The position numbers and the translations under genes were made by a program. From NCBI GenBank assembly GCA_963836185.1, contig CAWIIQ010000001.1, positions 192,001 to 256,000 on the forward strand: a DNA stretch of 64,000 bases, given 5' to 3'. The notes beneath the pieces are model-generated. The model saw only the letters and a list, made by a program, of their open reading frames with translations, ran no database searches and was not told the DNA's origin. Each line of letters starts with the position of its first letter. The stretch's first letter is position 1. This document shows, in pieces, positions 53,884 to 62,027 of the stretch. Origin of the DNA: Candidatus Krumholzibacteriia bacterium. Lineage in GTDB: Bacteria; Krumholzibacteriota; Krumholzibacteriia; Krumholzibacteriales; Krumholzibacteriaceae.

Positions 53884-53963
53884 TTTCATCTCATTATGCA
53901 ACTTGGTATATTGCAATATGTTATGAGTTGAAAATACTGGGTGAAATCCCCCTGCCCAAATGG

Positions 53964-53980
53964 TGTAAGATATTCCGACG
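53964..53980. promoter_or_regulatory. Candidate PrsR enhancer (PEP-CTERM box) TGTAAGATATTCCGACG
   Basis: 80 bp upstream of the -24 box; an inverted copy (12/17 identical) lies at 53816-53832. Confidence 0.6.
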
Positions 53981-54037
53981 GTCGTTTCCTGCGCTGTGCT
54001 GTTCAAGGTGTTGCCGATTGAGGAGATATACATGCAG

Positions 54038-54070
54038 AAAAAACGGAGGCGGGGAGTGAGCCCCGCCTCC
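54038..54070 (-). terminator. Rho-independent terminator
   Basis: GGAGGCGGGG-N6-CCCCGCCTCC then GTTTTTT on the minus strand. Confidence 0.85.
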
Positions 54071-54130
54071 TGCCGGTGCCGGCCGTCTTCCGGGAAGGTT
54101 CCGGCCGGACCGTATCTGAGGTCATTCTGC

Positions 54131-54748
54131 TCAGCGGCCGGTTCTCGCGCTCCTGCGCGACCTGGTGGATCCCCTGGTATAGGACGAGGCGGAGCTTCTT
54201 CTGCGGATGCTGTGGCCTGAGGTAGTCGATATCCTTGTCCCCATCTTGCCGCTCTTTCGCCATGCGCCTGCCCTGCTGTACCCGGAATTCCGTCTGAATG
54301 TCGATTCACTGCTGATGGGCAGCCGGCGTTTCGCGCTGCTGGCCCGCACGGCCTGCGCGGGATTGTTGAGCTTGCTGACCCCGCGGGTCGGGCCGTTTCT
54401 GTTCCGGGTGGACTGCCGGAGAAAGTCCAGGCTGCCGCGCTGGGTGAACCTTGAACCGTCGATCCCGGTCGAATTTGCCGAGGTGTGGTTCGAAGGCCTT
54501 CCTGTATTCATGGACGGCCTGACGCCTCTCATGGTCGTGGAACGGCGAGCGACAGTTCTTGTCCCGTCGGGGGCGCTCACTGCGGACGGCCCCGCTTCTC
54601 TTCTCGATGCCTTTATCCAGCGCCCGTCGATCTCTCCGGCTCTCTTAATCGCCCATCCATCGAAATCTTCCGAGGCTGAGGCGGGAAGAGCTGCCGTCAG
54701 CAGCAGGAGCAGAAACAACGGCACGATCGATACCTTGATGTAACGCAT
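54131..54748 (-). CDS. Secreted Arg/Ser/Thr-rich, probably disordered protein
   Basis: Clear signal peptide (LPASA), AAGGA RBS, own promoter and terminator. Confidence 0.65.
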   Translation of the reverse strand: MRYIKVSIVPLFLLLLLTAALPASASEDFDGWAIKRAGEIDGRWIKASRREAGPSAVSAPDGTRTVARRSTTMRGVRPSMNTGRPSNHTSANSTGIDGSRFTQRGSLDFLRQSTRNRNGPTRGVSKLNNPAQAVRASSAKRRLPISSESTFRRNSGYSRAGAWRKSGKMGTRISTTSGHSIRRRSSASSYTRGSTRSRRSARTGR

Positions 54749-54862
54749 GCTGGTTTCCTTCTATCTATATTTATCGGAAAATAGAAAACGGATTTACACA
54801 TCTACATCGTTACGCAGGGAATAGAAGAGGAGGAGAGAGGTTCCTGTCCTAACACTGAAAAA

Positions 54863-54892
54863 AGTCTAGCATAATCAGCGAACCGGTGTCAA
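54863..54892 (-). promoter_or_regulatory. Sigma70 promoter TTGACA-N18-TAGACT with extended TG
   Basis: Read on the minus strand upstream of 54748. Confidence 0.55.
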
Positions 54893-54971
54893 ACGGGCCG
54901 ACCCCCTGAACTGTCGCGAAATGCTGTCCGGAGGCCGTCAGGGGCACCCATTCAGAATATAAAAAATCCTG

Positions 54972-57641
54972 TTACAGGCTGAACCACTTGTTGACCTTTA
55001 TGAGAAACGTGTTGTCTCCGGGGGCGGAGAAGAGGTTTCCCAGGTCGCGCCCCGTGCTGAATTTCCCGTACTCCTCCTCGAATTGAGAGGCACCCCTCGA
55101 CCATACGAGAAAGAAAGTCGAGCCGGGGCTGTACTCCCATCGGAAGACGAGGTTGGAGTTGAATTCCTTGAAGTTGAAGTCGAGGTTGTCGCTGTAGTCG
55201 TACGGAGTGAACCTGTCGTCGTACTTGGAAGCGTGGGGATCCGTGACCTCGCGGTAGTCAGTGTATTCGCCAGCCGTCACGTACGGCATTCCGTAGAACT
55301 GCAAGGTCATGTTCGGAGTGAGAGTGAAGTTGAAACGGGCCGTAATAAAGAGCGTTTCGCGCTTCAGGTTGGCGAGGATGTAGTCCCCGTCGATCTCGTC
55401 GACGTACTGCCTGTCATTCTCGCTGATGTAATATTCCGGGCTTAGCGTGATGTCGAACCTGCTCGAAGGGCGGATAGTCACCCTCGGCTCGAATCCACTG
55501 GAGGAGAACCCCTCGTCGTCGACGTTGTAGTTGCCCCAAAACCCGAAGACGAGGAACTTGCGGTGGTCGGTGCTGATTCCGTACCAGGTCGATGTCCGTC
55601 CCGGCACGAGCACCGAGGGCCCGCCCCGCAGGAGACCGTTGTCCTGCCTCGACATATTTCTGTTAATCCCGCCGTTTATCGACCAGTAGTTTTTAAACTG
55701 TCCCCAGCCGTTTATATTTCCGCCTATCCGGCCGAGGTTCTCCCAGCCGAAGTTCGTTCCGTTCCAGATATTGCCGTTTAGGCTGTACTCCCTGAATATC
55801 GTCTGCTCCTCGAACTTCCTGTATCCGACCCACACGACGGGGAAGAACTCGTCGGCATCGTGAGAGAACCCGATGTCGTTGATTTCGAAGCCGGGGCTGC
55901 GAACGTGTACGCCGGCACCCCAGCGCCACGGCTGGCCGCCGAACTTGCCGCCCCAGAGGGTCGAGCTCCATCCGGCCATGCTCGTAAGGGTCGAGTCGAC
56001 GCCGAGATGTTCCGCATCGGGCCGCTGGAAGTACCTGATCGATGAAGTCTGGGCCTCAACGAGCGCTTCCTCACTTCCCCGGATATAACTGCCGTACAGC
56101 TTCCCGGTGAGCTGGTAATCTTCGTTGCTGAAGCGGTGGTTGAAACGCATGCCTCCGCTGTACGCCGAGTTGACGAGGTAATTGAAATCGATCTCCGGCA
56201 GGTCCCTGTGGACGCCGGTCCCGATGCCGCCGATATTGGTGCGCCCCTCGTTGTAGTCTTTCTGCAGGCTGACGACAGCGTAGTTGGTCATCGGCTCGAC
56301 GGCGATCCCGTACTCGTTGCCCAGCGGGTCCATCACCAGAGCCTCTTCCTTGTCGGTGATCGCGTCGAGGATTCCGATCGACCACCCGCCGGATGTCTTG
56401 CCGGTCACCTTTGCCGCGGCGAGGATCGTAGTGAACTCGGTGCCGTCGGTCCAGTAATCGTCGGTCTCTTCGGGGAACCTCTGTGAGTCGAGGGCGTAGC
56501 CGTGGGGCCGCCGCCCGATGCGCCTCGAATAGAAAAGCCTCTCGCTGTCCATGTCTCCCAGGCTTAACGAAGAGGAGAAGATGTTGGCCCCTTCGACGAA
56601 GAAGGGCCGTCTCTCATGGAAGTATGTCTCGTATGCGGTGAGGTTGAACTCCGACGGGTCCTGTTCCACCTGTCCGAAATCGGGATTGACCGTGAGGTTC
56701 AGCGTGATGTCGCTCGTCAGCCCGTACATCAGGTCGCCGCCGATCCGTCCGTCCTTGATAGTATTCTGAAGGTATGGGTCTCCCTCCGGGGCACCGTATG
56801 ACTGGAGGGATCCGACGACGTAGGGCAGTACCTCGAGGTTTCTCGTCACGGGCAGGTCCTCCATCCCCTCGAGCCGGCCGAAGACGGAGACTATCTGGCT
56901 CGCTTCACGGGGACAGCGGTTCCAGTAGGAGGACTCGTTGAGCCGGCTGATCTCCCTGTATACCTGTATGCCCCACGACTTCGTGTGACCGTTCCCCGAG
57001 TAGCGCAACTGGTTGAACGGGATGCGGAACTCGGCCGTCCAGCCATTCTCGTCGATACTGGTCCCGACGTGCCAGACGGCGTTCCAGTTCTCGTCGTAAT
57101 CGTTGTCGTCGAACCAGAACCGGTCCCTCTTTACGCCGGCCGGATTGACCTGGAAATCGAACGCGGTCCGCTTGTCGTCATAACTGTCGAACGCCACTCC
57201 GAGCCAGTCGGAGGGGGTGTAGTCATCGCGCCTCGCCAGGCGGCCGACGATCTCGTCGGGCCGGGAATCGAGGGCGGTGATCCCTATATAGATGTACTCG
57301 TCATCGTAGAGGACCCTGAAGAATGTCTTTTCGGCGGAAGGCTCTCCATCGTTCGGTTCGCGCTGTATGAACCCGGTAGATACGGGGGCTAGTCCCCAGT
57401 CCGATTCATCCAGTATCCCGTCGATCTCGATGCCGCCGTTGATCCTCCGGCTTGCGACGCATGTCTGCAGCTGCGCCGTTGCCGTTTTCAGCGCGTCATC
57501 GTATTCCTGTTTCGTCGGGATATAGAGGCTCGTTCCGGGAGGGGCCGCCGCCGCTACAAACGATATGGTGATAAATGTGAGAGCGAGCGAGGCTGCTGCC
57601 TGCGCCCGCCACGGATATCGACCCGATTTCAGGGGCTTCAT
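54972..57641 (-). CDS. CBM9-like + DUF5916 outer-membrane beta-barrel protein
   Basis: IDGILDE.DW, F.VNPAGV, WTAEFRIPF, NPDFGQVE, E.RPFF.EG, LFYSRRIG, VFRWEY.PGS. Confidence 0.9.
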   Translation of the reverse strand: MKPLKSGRYPWRAQAAASLALTFITISFVAAAAPPGTSLYIPTKQEYDDALKTATAQLQTCVASRRINGGIEIDGILDESDWGLAPVSTGFIQREPNDGEPSAEKTFFRVLYDDEYIYIGITALDSRPDEIVGRLARRDDYTPSDWLGVAFDSYDDKRTAFDFQVNPAGVKRDRFWFDDNDYDENWNAVWHVGTSIDENGWTAEFRIPFNQLRYSGNGHTKSWGIQVYREISRLNESSYWNRCPREASQIVSVFGRLEGMEDLPVTRNLEVLPYVVGSLQSYGAPEGDPYLQNTIKDGRIGGDLMYGLTSDITLNLTVNPDFGQVEQDPSEFNLTAYETYFHERRPFFVEGANIFSSSLSLGDMDSERLFYSRRIGRRPHGYALDSQRFPEETDDYWTDGTEFTTILAAAKVTGKTSGGWSIGILDAITDKEEALVMDPLGNEYGIAVEPMTNYAVVSLQKDYNEGRTNIGGIGTGVHRDLPEIDFNYLVNSAYSGGMRFNHRFSNEDYQLTGKLYGSYIRGSEEALVEAQTSSIRYFQRPDAEHLGVDSTLTSMAGWSSTLWGGKFGGQPWRWGAGVHVRSPGFEINDIGFSHDADEFFPVVWVGYRKFEEQTIFREYSLNGNIWNGTNFGWENLGRIGGNINGWGQFKNYWSINGGINRNMSRQDNGLLRGGPSVLVPGRTSTWYGISTDHRKFLVFGFWGNYNVDDEGFSSSGFEPRVTIRPSSRFDITLSPEYYISENDRQYVDEIDGDYILANLKRETLFITARFNFTLTPNMTLQFYGMPYVTAGEYTDYREVTDPHASKYDDRFTPYDYSDNLDFNFKEFNSNLVFRWEYSPGSTFFLVWSRGASQFEEEYGKFSTGRDLGNLFSAPGDNTFLIKVNKWFSL

Positions 57642-57696
57642 CTTCCTCTTCTTCCTACCCGGAACATGTGAGTGGGATCTCACCGTATATTTCTGT

Positions 57697-57723
57697 AACG
57701 AACGGGGCCGGGGGTAAGTTTCA
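57697..57723 (-). promoter_or_regulatory. Candidate ECF promoter TGAAAC-N17-CGTT
   Basis: SigW-like boxes upstream of the DUF5916 gene; overlaps a GC-rich inverted repeat at 57703-57744. Confidence 0.5.
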
Positions 57724-57813
57724 GAAAAACCGCCCCGGCCCCGAAAAAATGTTAACTTTTTAACAGTCACTCAGGCGGATCCGTTGCCCGCCTGCGCCTG
57801 ATCCGTTGAGGGA

Positions 57814-59142
57814 TCAGCACTTATCGATATATCGCTCTATCTCCCAGTCTGTAACAGCGATCTTGTACTCTTCCGCCTCGAGCGCCTTGGTCTCGGCATA
57901 CTTGCGCTGCAGGTCCTCGCCGAGAAGCTCCTTCATCAGGGAGCTTTCCCTGAAGAGGTAGACGGCTGCCTCGAGCGACTGCGGCAGCAGGTCGATCCCC
58001 TGGCTCTTCAGTTCGTCGGGCGGGAGGGTGTAGACGCTGTCCTCGATTTCCGGCATCAGCTCGTACCCCTTCTTTATCCCCTCCAGGCCGGCCTTTAGTA
58101 TCGCGGCGAAGAGGAGGTAGGGGGAGGCGGCAGGATCGGGGCAGCGCAGCTCGGCCCTGATCGAGGACTCGTGGTCCTTTCTCGACTGCGGGATCCTGAT
58201 CAGCGAAGAGCGGTTCTTGCTTCCCCAGCATATATAGACAGGCGCTTCGTATCCCGAGACGAGTCGCTTGTACGAGTTGACCGTCGGGTTGGTGATCGCG
58301 CACATCTCCTTTATATGGGCGAGCAGTCCTGCGATGAACTGCTTGGCGATGGGGGAGAGGCGGTGCGGGTCACTGCCGTCGAAGAAGACCGGCTTGCCGT
58401 CGGTCGTAAAGAGACTGGCATGTGTGTGCATCCCGTTCCCTGCCTTCCCGAAGATGGGCTTGGGCATGAACGAGGCGATCAGCCCGTACCTGTGGGCGAT
58501 CGACTTGATGATCTTCTTGAGCACTATGACATTGTCGGCGGTAGTCAGCGCGCCGCTGTAGCGGAAGCCGACCTCGTGCTGGCCGACGCCTACCTCGTGA
58601 TGGGCGCGTTCGGAGTCGATCCCGAATCCCTTGAGGGCGACCATGATCTCCTTGCGGATATCGCTGCCGATATCCTTGGCAGAGCTGTCGAAGTACGAAC
58701 CGGTATCGAACTCGGGTGTATGGAAGGAGCCGTCCTCGTGCCGCTTGAAGAGGTAGAACTCGACCTCGGGGCCGACGAAGAACTCGTACCCCATTTCTGT
58801 CGCCTCCGCGATGACCTTCTTCAGGACCGCCCGCGGATCGCCCTCGAAGAGATTGCCGTCGGGGGTGTAGACATCGCACATGAACCGTGCCGTCTTCCTG
58901 CTCTCTTCGTCGCCGGGAAGCAGTGCGTATGTCGCCGGGTCGGGCATCAGGTACATGTCGCTCTCCATGATCCTGGCGAATCCGCGGATCGATGAGCCGT
59001 CGAACCAGACGCCGCGCTCGAGGGCGTCTCCGAGCATCCCGACCGGGACCTCTATCGATTTAAGCACACCGAATATGTCGGTGAACTCGAGCTCGACGAA
59101 CATGACGCCGTCTTCCTGTACTTTTTTCATGATGTCGCTCAT
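57814..59142 (-). CDS. glnA: Glutamine synthetase type I (GSI-alpha-like)
   Basis: FDGSSI.GF, GPEVEF, HHEVG.GQHE, FMPKP, GNGMH, NSYKRL..GYEAP, NRS.LIR.P, ELRCPD. Confidence 0.93.
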   Translation of the reverse strand: MSDIMKKVQEDGVMFVELEFTDIFGVLKSIEVPVGMLGDALERGVWFDGSSIRGFARIMESDMYLMPDPATYALLPGDEESRKTARFMCDVYTPDGNLFEGDPRAVLKKVIAEATEMGYEFFVGPEVEFYLFKRHEDGSFHTPEFDTGSYFDSSAKDIGSDIRKEIMVALKGFGIDSERAHHEVGVGQHEVGFRYSGALTTADNVIVLKKIIKSIAHRYGLIASFMPKPIFGKAGNGMHTHASLFTTDGKPVFFDGSDPHRLSPIAKQFIAGLLAHIKEMCAITNPTVNSYKRLVSGYEAPVYICWGSKNRSSLIRIPQSRKDHESSIRAELRCPDPAASPYLLFAAILKAGLEGIKKGYELMPEIEDSVYTLPPDELKSQGIDLLPQSLEAAVYLFRESSLMKELLGEDLQRKYAETKALEAEEYKIAVTDWEIERYIDKC

Positions 59143-59220
59143 TGTCTCGGCCTCCCGGTCCTGGAAACGAAGATCCGGCCCGGCCGCCCACGTTCGGGGC
59201 AGTCGGCAACGTATTCAACT

Positions 59221-59271
59221 TCAATGGGTTAGATCGATAACGATCCTGTGCCGGCAGATCGGGGATCTCAT
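59221..59271 (-). CDS. Candidate 16-aa leader peptide upstream of glnA (MRSPICRHRIVIDLTH)
   Basis: Strong SD AAAAAGGAGG with canonical spacing before ATG at 59271; TGA at 59223-59221. Confidence 0.45.
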   Translation of the reverse strand: MRSPICRHRIVIDLTH

Positions 59272-59376
59272 GCGGACACCCTCCTTTTTACAGCAGGAAG
59301 ATGCGCCCTGTCTATAAAAAATGATTCCGGACAGAGCGGGGAGAAAGGCATTTTACATTTTTTTTGAAACTCAGCC

Positions 59377-59427
59377 TTGACATGTGCGTATATACTCTAT
59401 ATACTGTGTATGTACGATATGCACAGT
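59377..59427 (+). promoter_or_regulatory. Sigma70 promoter TTGACA-N17-TATACT overlapped by YtrA-type operator palindrome
   Basis: -35 at 59377-59382, -10 at 59400-59405; inverted repeat ACTGTGTAT...ATGCACAGT at 59403-59427. Confidence 0.8.
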
Positions 59428-59443
59428 TGAAAGGAAACTGACC

Positions 59444-59824
59444 TTGTTTATAGTTATCTCGCAATCAGATCCCGACCCGATGCACAAGCAGGTGACCGAC
59501 CAGGTCAAGGATGCCATCGCGAAGGGGGCCGTCAAGGCGGGGGAGAAGATCCCGTCGATCAGGGAGATGTCAAAAGAACTCGGCATCAGCCCGATCACTA
59601 TAAAGCGTTCGTACCGCGATCTCGAGCAGGAGGGATATATAATCACCCGCGCCGGCCTGGGCAGTTTTGTCGCCGATGTCGATTTCGGCAGGCTCAGGAG
59701 CGAGAAGGTCGACGAGATCGCCGGTGAACTGGAGCGGATCCTGAAGATGGCCGCGGGGTACGGAATATCTGCCGCTGAACTCGGAAAGATAATCAAAAGA
59801 CTGCAGGAGGAAGAGAATGGATAA
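59444..59824 (+). CDS. GntR family (YtrA subfamily) regulator
   Basis: P...QV..QV, GEKIPSIREM...LGISPIT...Y..LE.EG, G.GSFV; TTG start after AAAGGA. Confidence 0.92.
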   Translation: MFIVISQSDPDPMHKQVTDQVKDAIAKGAVKAGEKIPSIREMSKELGISPITIKRSYRDLEQEGYIITRAGLGSFVADVDFGRLRSEKVDEIAGELERILKMAAGYGISAAELGKIIKRLQEEENG

Positions 59825-60752
59825 GGTGCTGGAAGTTGAGGGACTGACAAAACATTACAGGACGTTCATGCTCGACGGCGTGTCAATCGAGATTCCGAAG
59901 GGGACGATCCTCGGGCTGATCGGTCCCAACGGTTCGGGTAAAACGACGACGATCAGGGCCCTGATGAAGATGACCAGGCCCGACAGCGGTTCCATACGGA
60001 TGTTCGGCCTCGGACTTGACGCTCACGAGAAGGAGATCAAGAACCGGATCGGCTACGTGGGCGAGGAGCAGTTCTACTATATGAACAAGAAGGTCTCATG
60101 GACGGGAAAGTTCGTATCCGGGTACTTCGAGAAATGGGACCAGGATCTGTTCGATTCCCTGCTCAGGGAGTTCAGGCTCGACCCTTCGCAGAAGGTCGGG
60201 AAGCTCTCGAAGGGGATGAAGGTAAAGCTCTCTTTCGCGATCGCCTTCGCCCACCATCCCGAGCTGATGATACTCGATGAGCCTACGTCCGGTCTCGATC
60301 CCGTTATAAGGCGCGAGATGCTCGACAGGCTCCTCGAGTTCCGCGACGAACAAGACGGCTCGGTCTTCATATCGTCTCATATCACGGACGATATAGTGCG
60401 GATAGCCGATCACGTCGCCTTCATAGTAGACGGGCGCGTGGCGATTCATGCCGAGAAGGACGAGATCCTCTCCGACTGGAAGAGGCTGCATTTCAAGCCG
60501 GGCGCTATCGATGGTGAGATCGTCACCGGCCTTCGCTGCGTCGAGGCTCATGCCTTCGGCAGCACCGGGGTCACCAACAGGTATCGTGAACTCGAAGGCA
60601 GGATCGCCGGCGCTGTAAGCGCGGGCGACGTCAAGGTGGAGAACGTCAGTCTCGACGACGTCCTGATCGCCTTCGTGAAAGGCGGGAGGCATGACAGGGA
60701 TACTGAAGAAGAACGCCGGGTTCTATCTCCTCTACGGCGTCATTCTTTCTGA
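59817..60752 (+). CDS. ABC transporter ATP-binding protein (YtrB-like)
   Basis: GPNGSGKT, LSKGM, LDEPTSGLDP, SSH; true stop may lie near 60700. Confidence 0.92.
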   Translation: MDKVLEVEGLTKHYRTFMLDGVSIEIPKGTILGLIGPNGSGKTTTIRALMKMTRPDSGSIRMFGLGLDAHEKEIKNRIGYVGEEQFYYMNKKVSWTGKFVSGYFEKWDQDLFDSLLREFRLDPSQKVGKLSKGMKVKLSFAIAFAHHPELMILDEPTSGLDPVIRREMLDRLLEFRDEQDGSVFISSHITDDIVRIADHVAFIVDGRVAIHAEKDEILSDWKRLHFKPGAIDGEIVTGLRCVEAHAFGSTGVTNRYRELEGRIAGAVSAGDVKVENVSLDDVLIAFVKGGRHDRDTEEERRVLSPLRRHSF

Positions 60753-61348
60753 CCATGTCGGTAGTGATGTGGTACAGCGCGTTCGACAGGCTCCGGACCC
60801 CGATCGCCGTGATCAACTCGTTCTTCATGTTCTTCGTAGTGGTCGTTCCCGCCCTCAGCGCCGAGGCGCTCGAGGAGAAACACAGGGGGTATCCTTTCCT
60901 GATGACCCTGCCGCTGAAGCTCGAGACGGTCGTAAGGGCAAAGATGGCTCTTCCCGCTCATGGCTGTCAGCAGTGACGGTCGTATTCAATCTCGTCCTCT
61001 TCCAGCTTCTTCGAGAGCACTCCATCAGTTCTTGCCGACTGCGTCAAGATCATCCTGCTGAACGCGTCGGTCGCGATCATGCTCGCGGGCGCCGTCTTCA
61101 TGCTGATGTACAGGTACAACGTCAGGATGCTGATGATGGTCCTCGTATTCGCCGGGGTCTTCTTCAACCTCCTCGGCCTGATCGCGGTCAGGAGCAGCGG
61201 GATCGGGAACATATTCGAGTGGCCCGAGATCATCGTGTCGGGAAAGCCGACGTGGATATTCATAGCACTGATATTCGTGAGCCTCGGAGTTTATCACCTG
61301 ATCTTCCGCCGTGCGCTCAGGCTCAAGGAAGAGAGACTCTTCGATTAG
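60691..61348 (+). CDS. ABC-2 type permease (frameshifted)
   Basis: EEKHRGYPFLMTLPL...VVRAK motif shared with the next gene; pieces in three frames. Confidence 0.75.
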
Positions 61349-61358
61349 GAGAAATTGC

Positions 61359-62006
61359 ATGTTCGGGCTGATAAAGAAAGACTGGTACTTTTACCTCGGA
61401 TACCTGGCTATCATTCCGCTGCAGATGGCATACTGGATGACGACGAGGATGCAGCTTGACTCTACGGTCGTCTTTCTGATGACGGGATGGCTTTACATAG
61501 TCGTCATCGGTTCGATCTTCGGCGTCGAGATGAACGAGTCGAAGAACAGGGGGTACGCATTCCTCTCGACCCTTCCAGTTACGGCGCGCGAGATCGTGGG
61601 CGCCAAATTGATTCCGATCTTCGTGATAACCGCGGTATATGTCCTTGTCACATATCTCTCTTTCTCCAGTCTCGAGGTCGAGCCCGTTTACCTGGCGCTG
61701 TCGAGAAAATGGCTTCTGTTCAACGCCGGATTCGCGCTCGGGACCGCGGGGCTGGTTTACTGGCTCATTTTCAGATACGGGCTCGAAAAGGCCATATATC
61801 TGCAGGGCGTCCTGTTTCTGTTCGCCTTTATCATCCCTATCGGGCTTAACGAGCTCGTCATCCGGGGATATCTCGACGATTCCTCGGCGATCTTCCGGCT
61901 CGCCGGGGCGACCGGCAACTGGGTCCTGCTCATGGCTGGAGCGATAGTCTTTTTCATTTTCTACCATATCTCGGTGCTGGCGCTCGAACGAGAGGTGCCG
62001 GCGTGA
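61359..62006 (+). CDS. ABC-2 type permease
   Basis: MFGLIKKD, ESKNRGYAFLSTLPVT.REIVGAK; about six TM helices. Confidence 0.85.
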   Translation: MFGLIKKDWYFYLGYLAIIPLQMAYWMTTRMQLDSTVVFLMTGWLYIVVIGSIFGVEMNESKNRGYAFLSTLPVTAREIVGAKLIPIFVITAVYVLVTYLSFSSLEVEPVYLALSRKWLLFNAGFALGTAGLVYWLIFRYGLEKAIYLQGVLFLFAFIIPIGLNELVIRGYLDDSSAIFRLAGATGNWVLLMAGAIVFFIFYHISVLALEREVPA

Positions 62007-62027
62007 CAGGTATCAAAAGGAGATGTC

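Noticed and set aside
54003-54263. Alternative C-terminal frame for the Arg-rich protein
   Set aside because: It would run through the terminator at 54038-54070; the stop at 54131 fits better.
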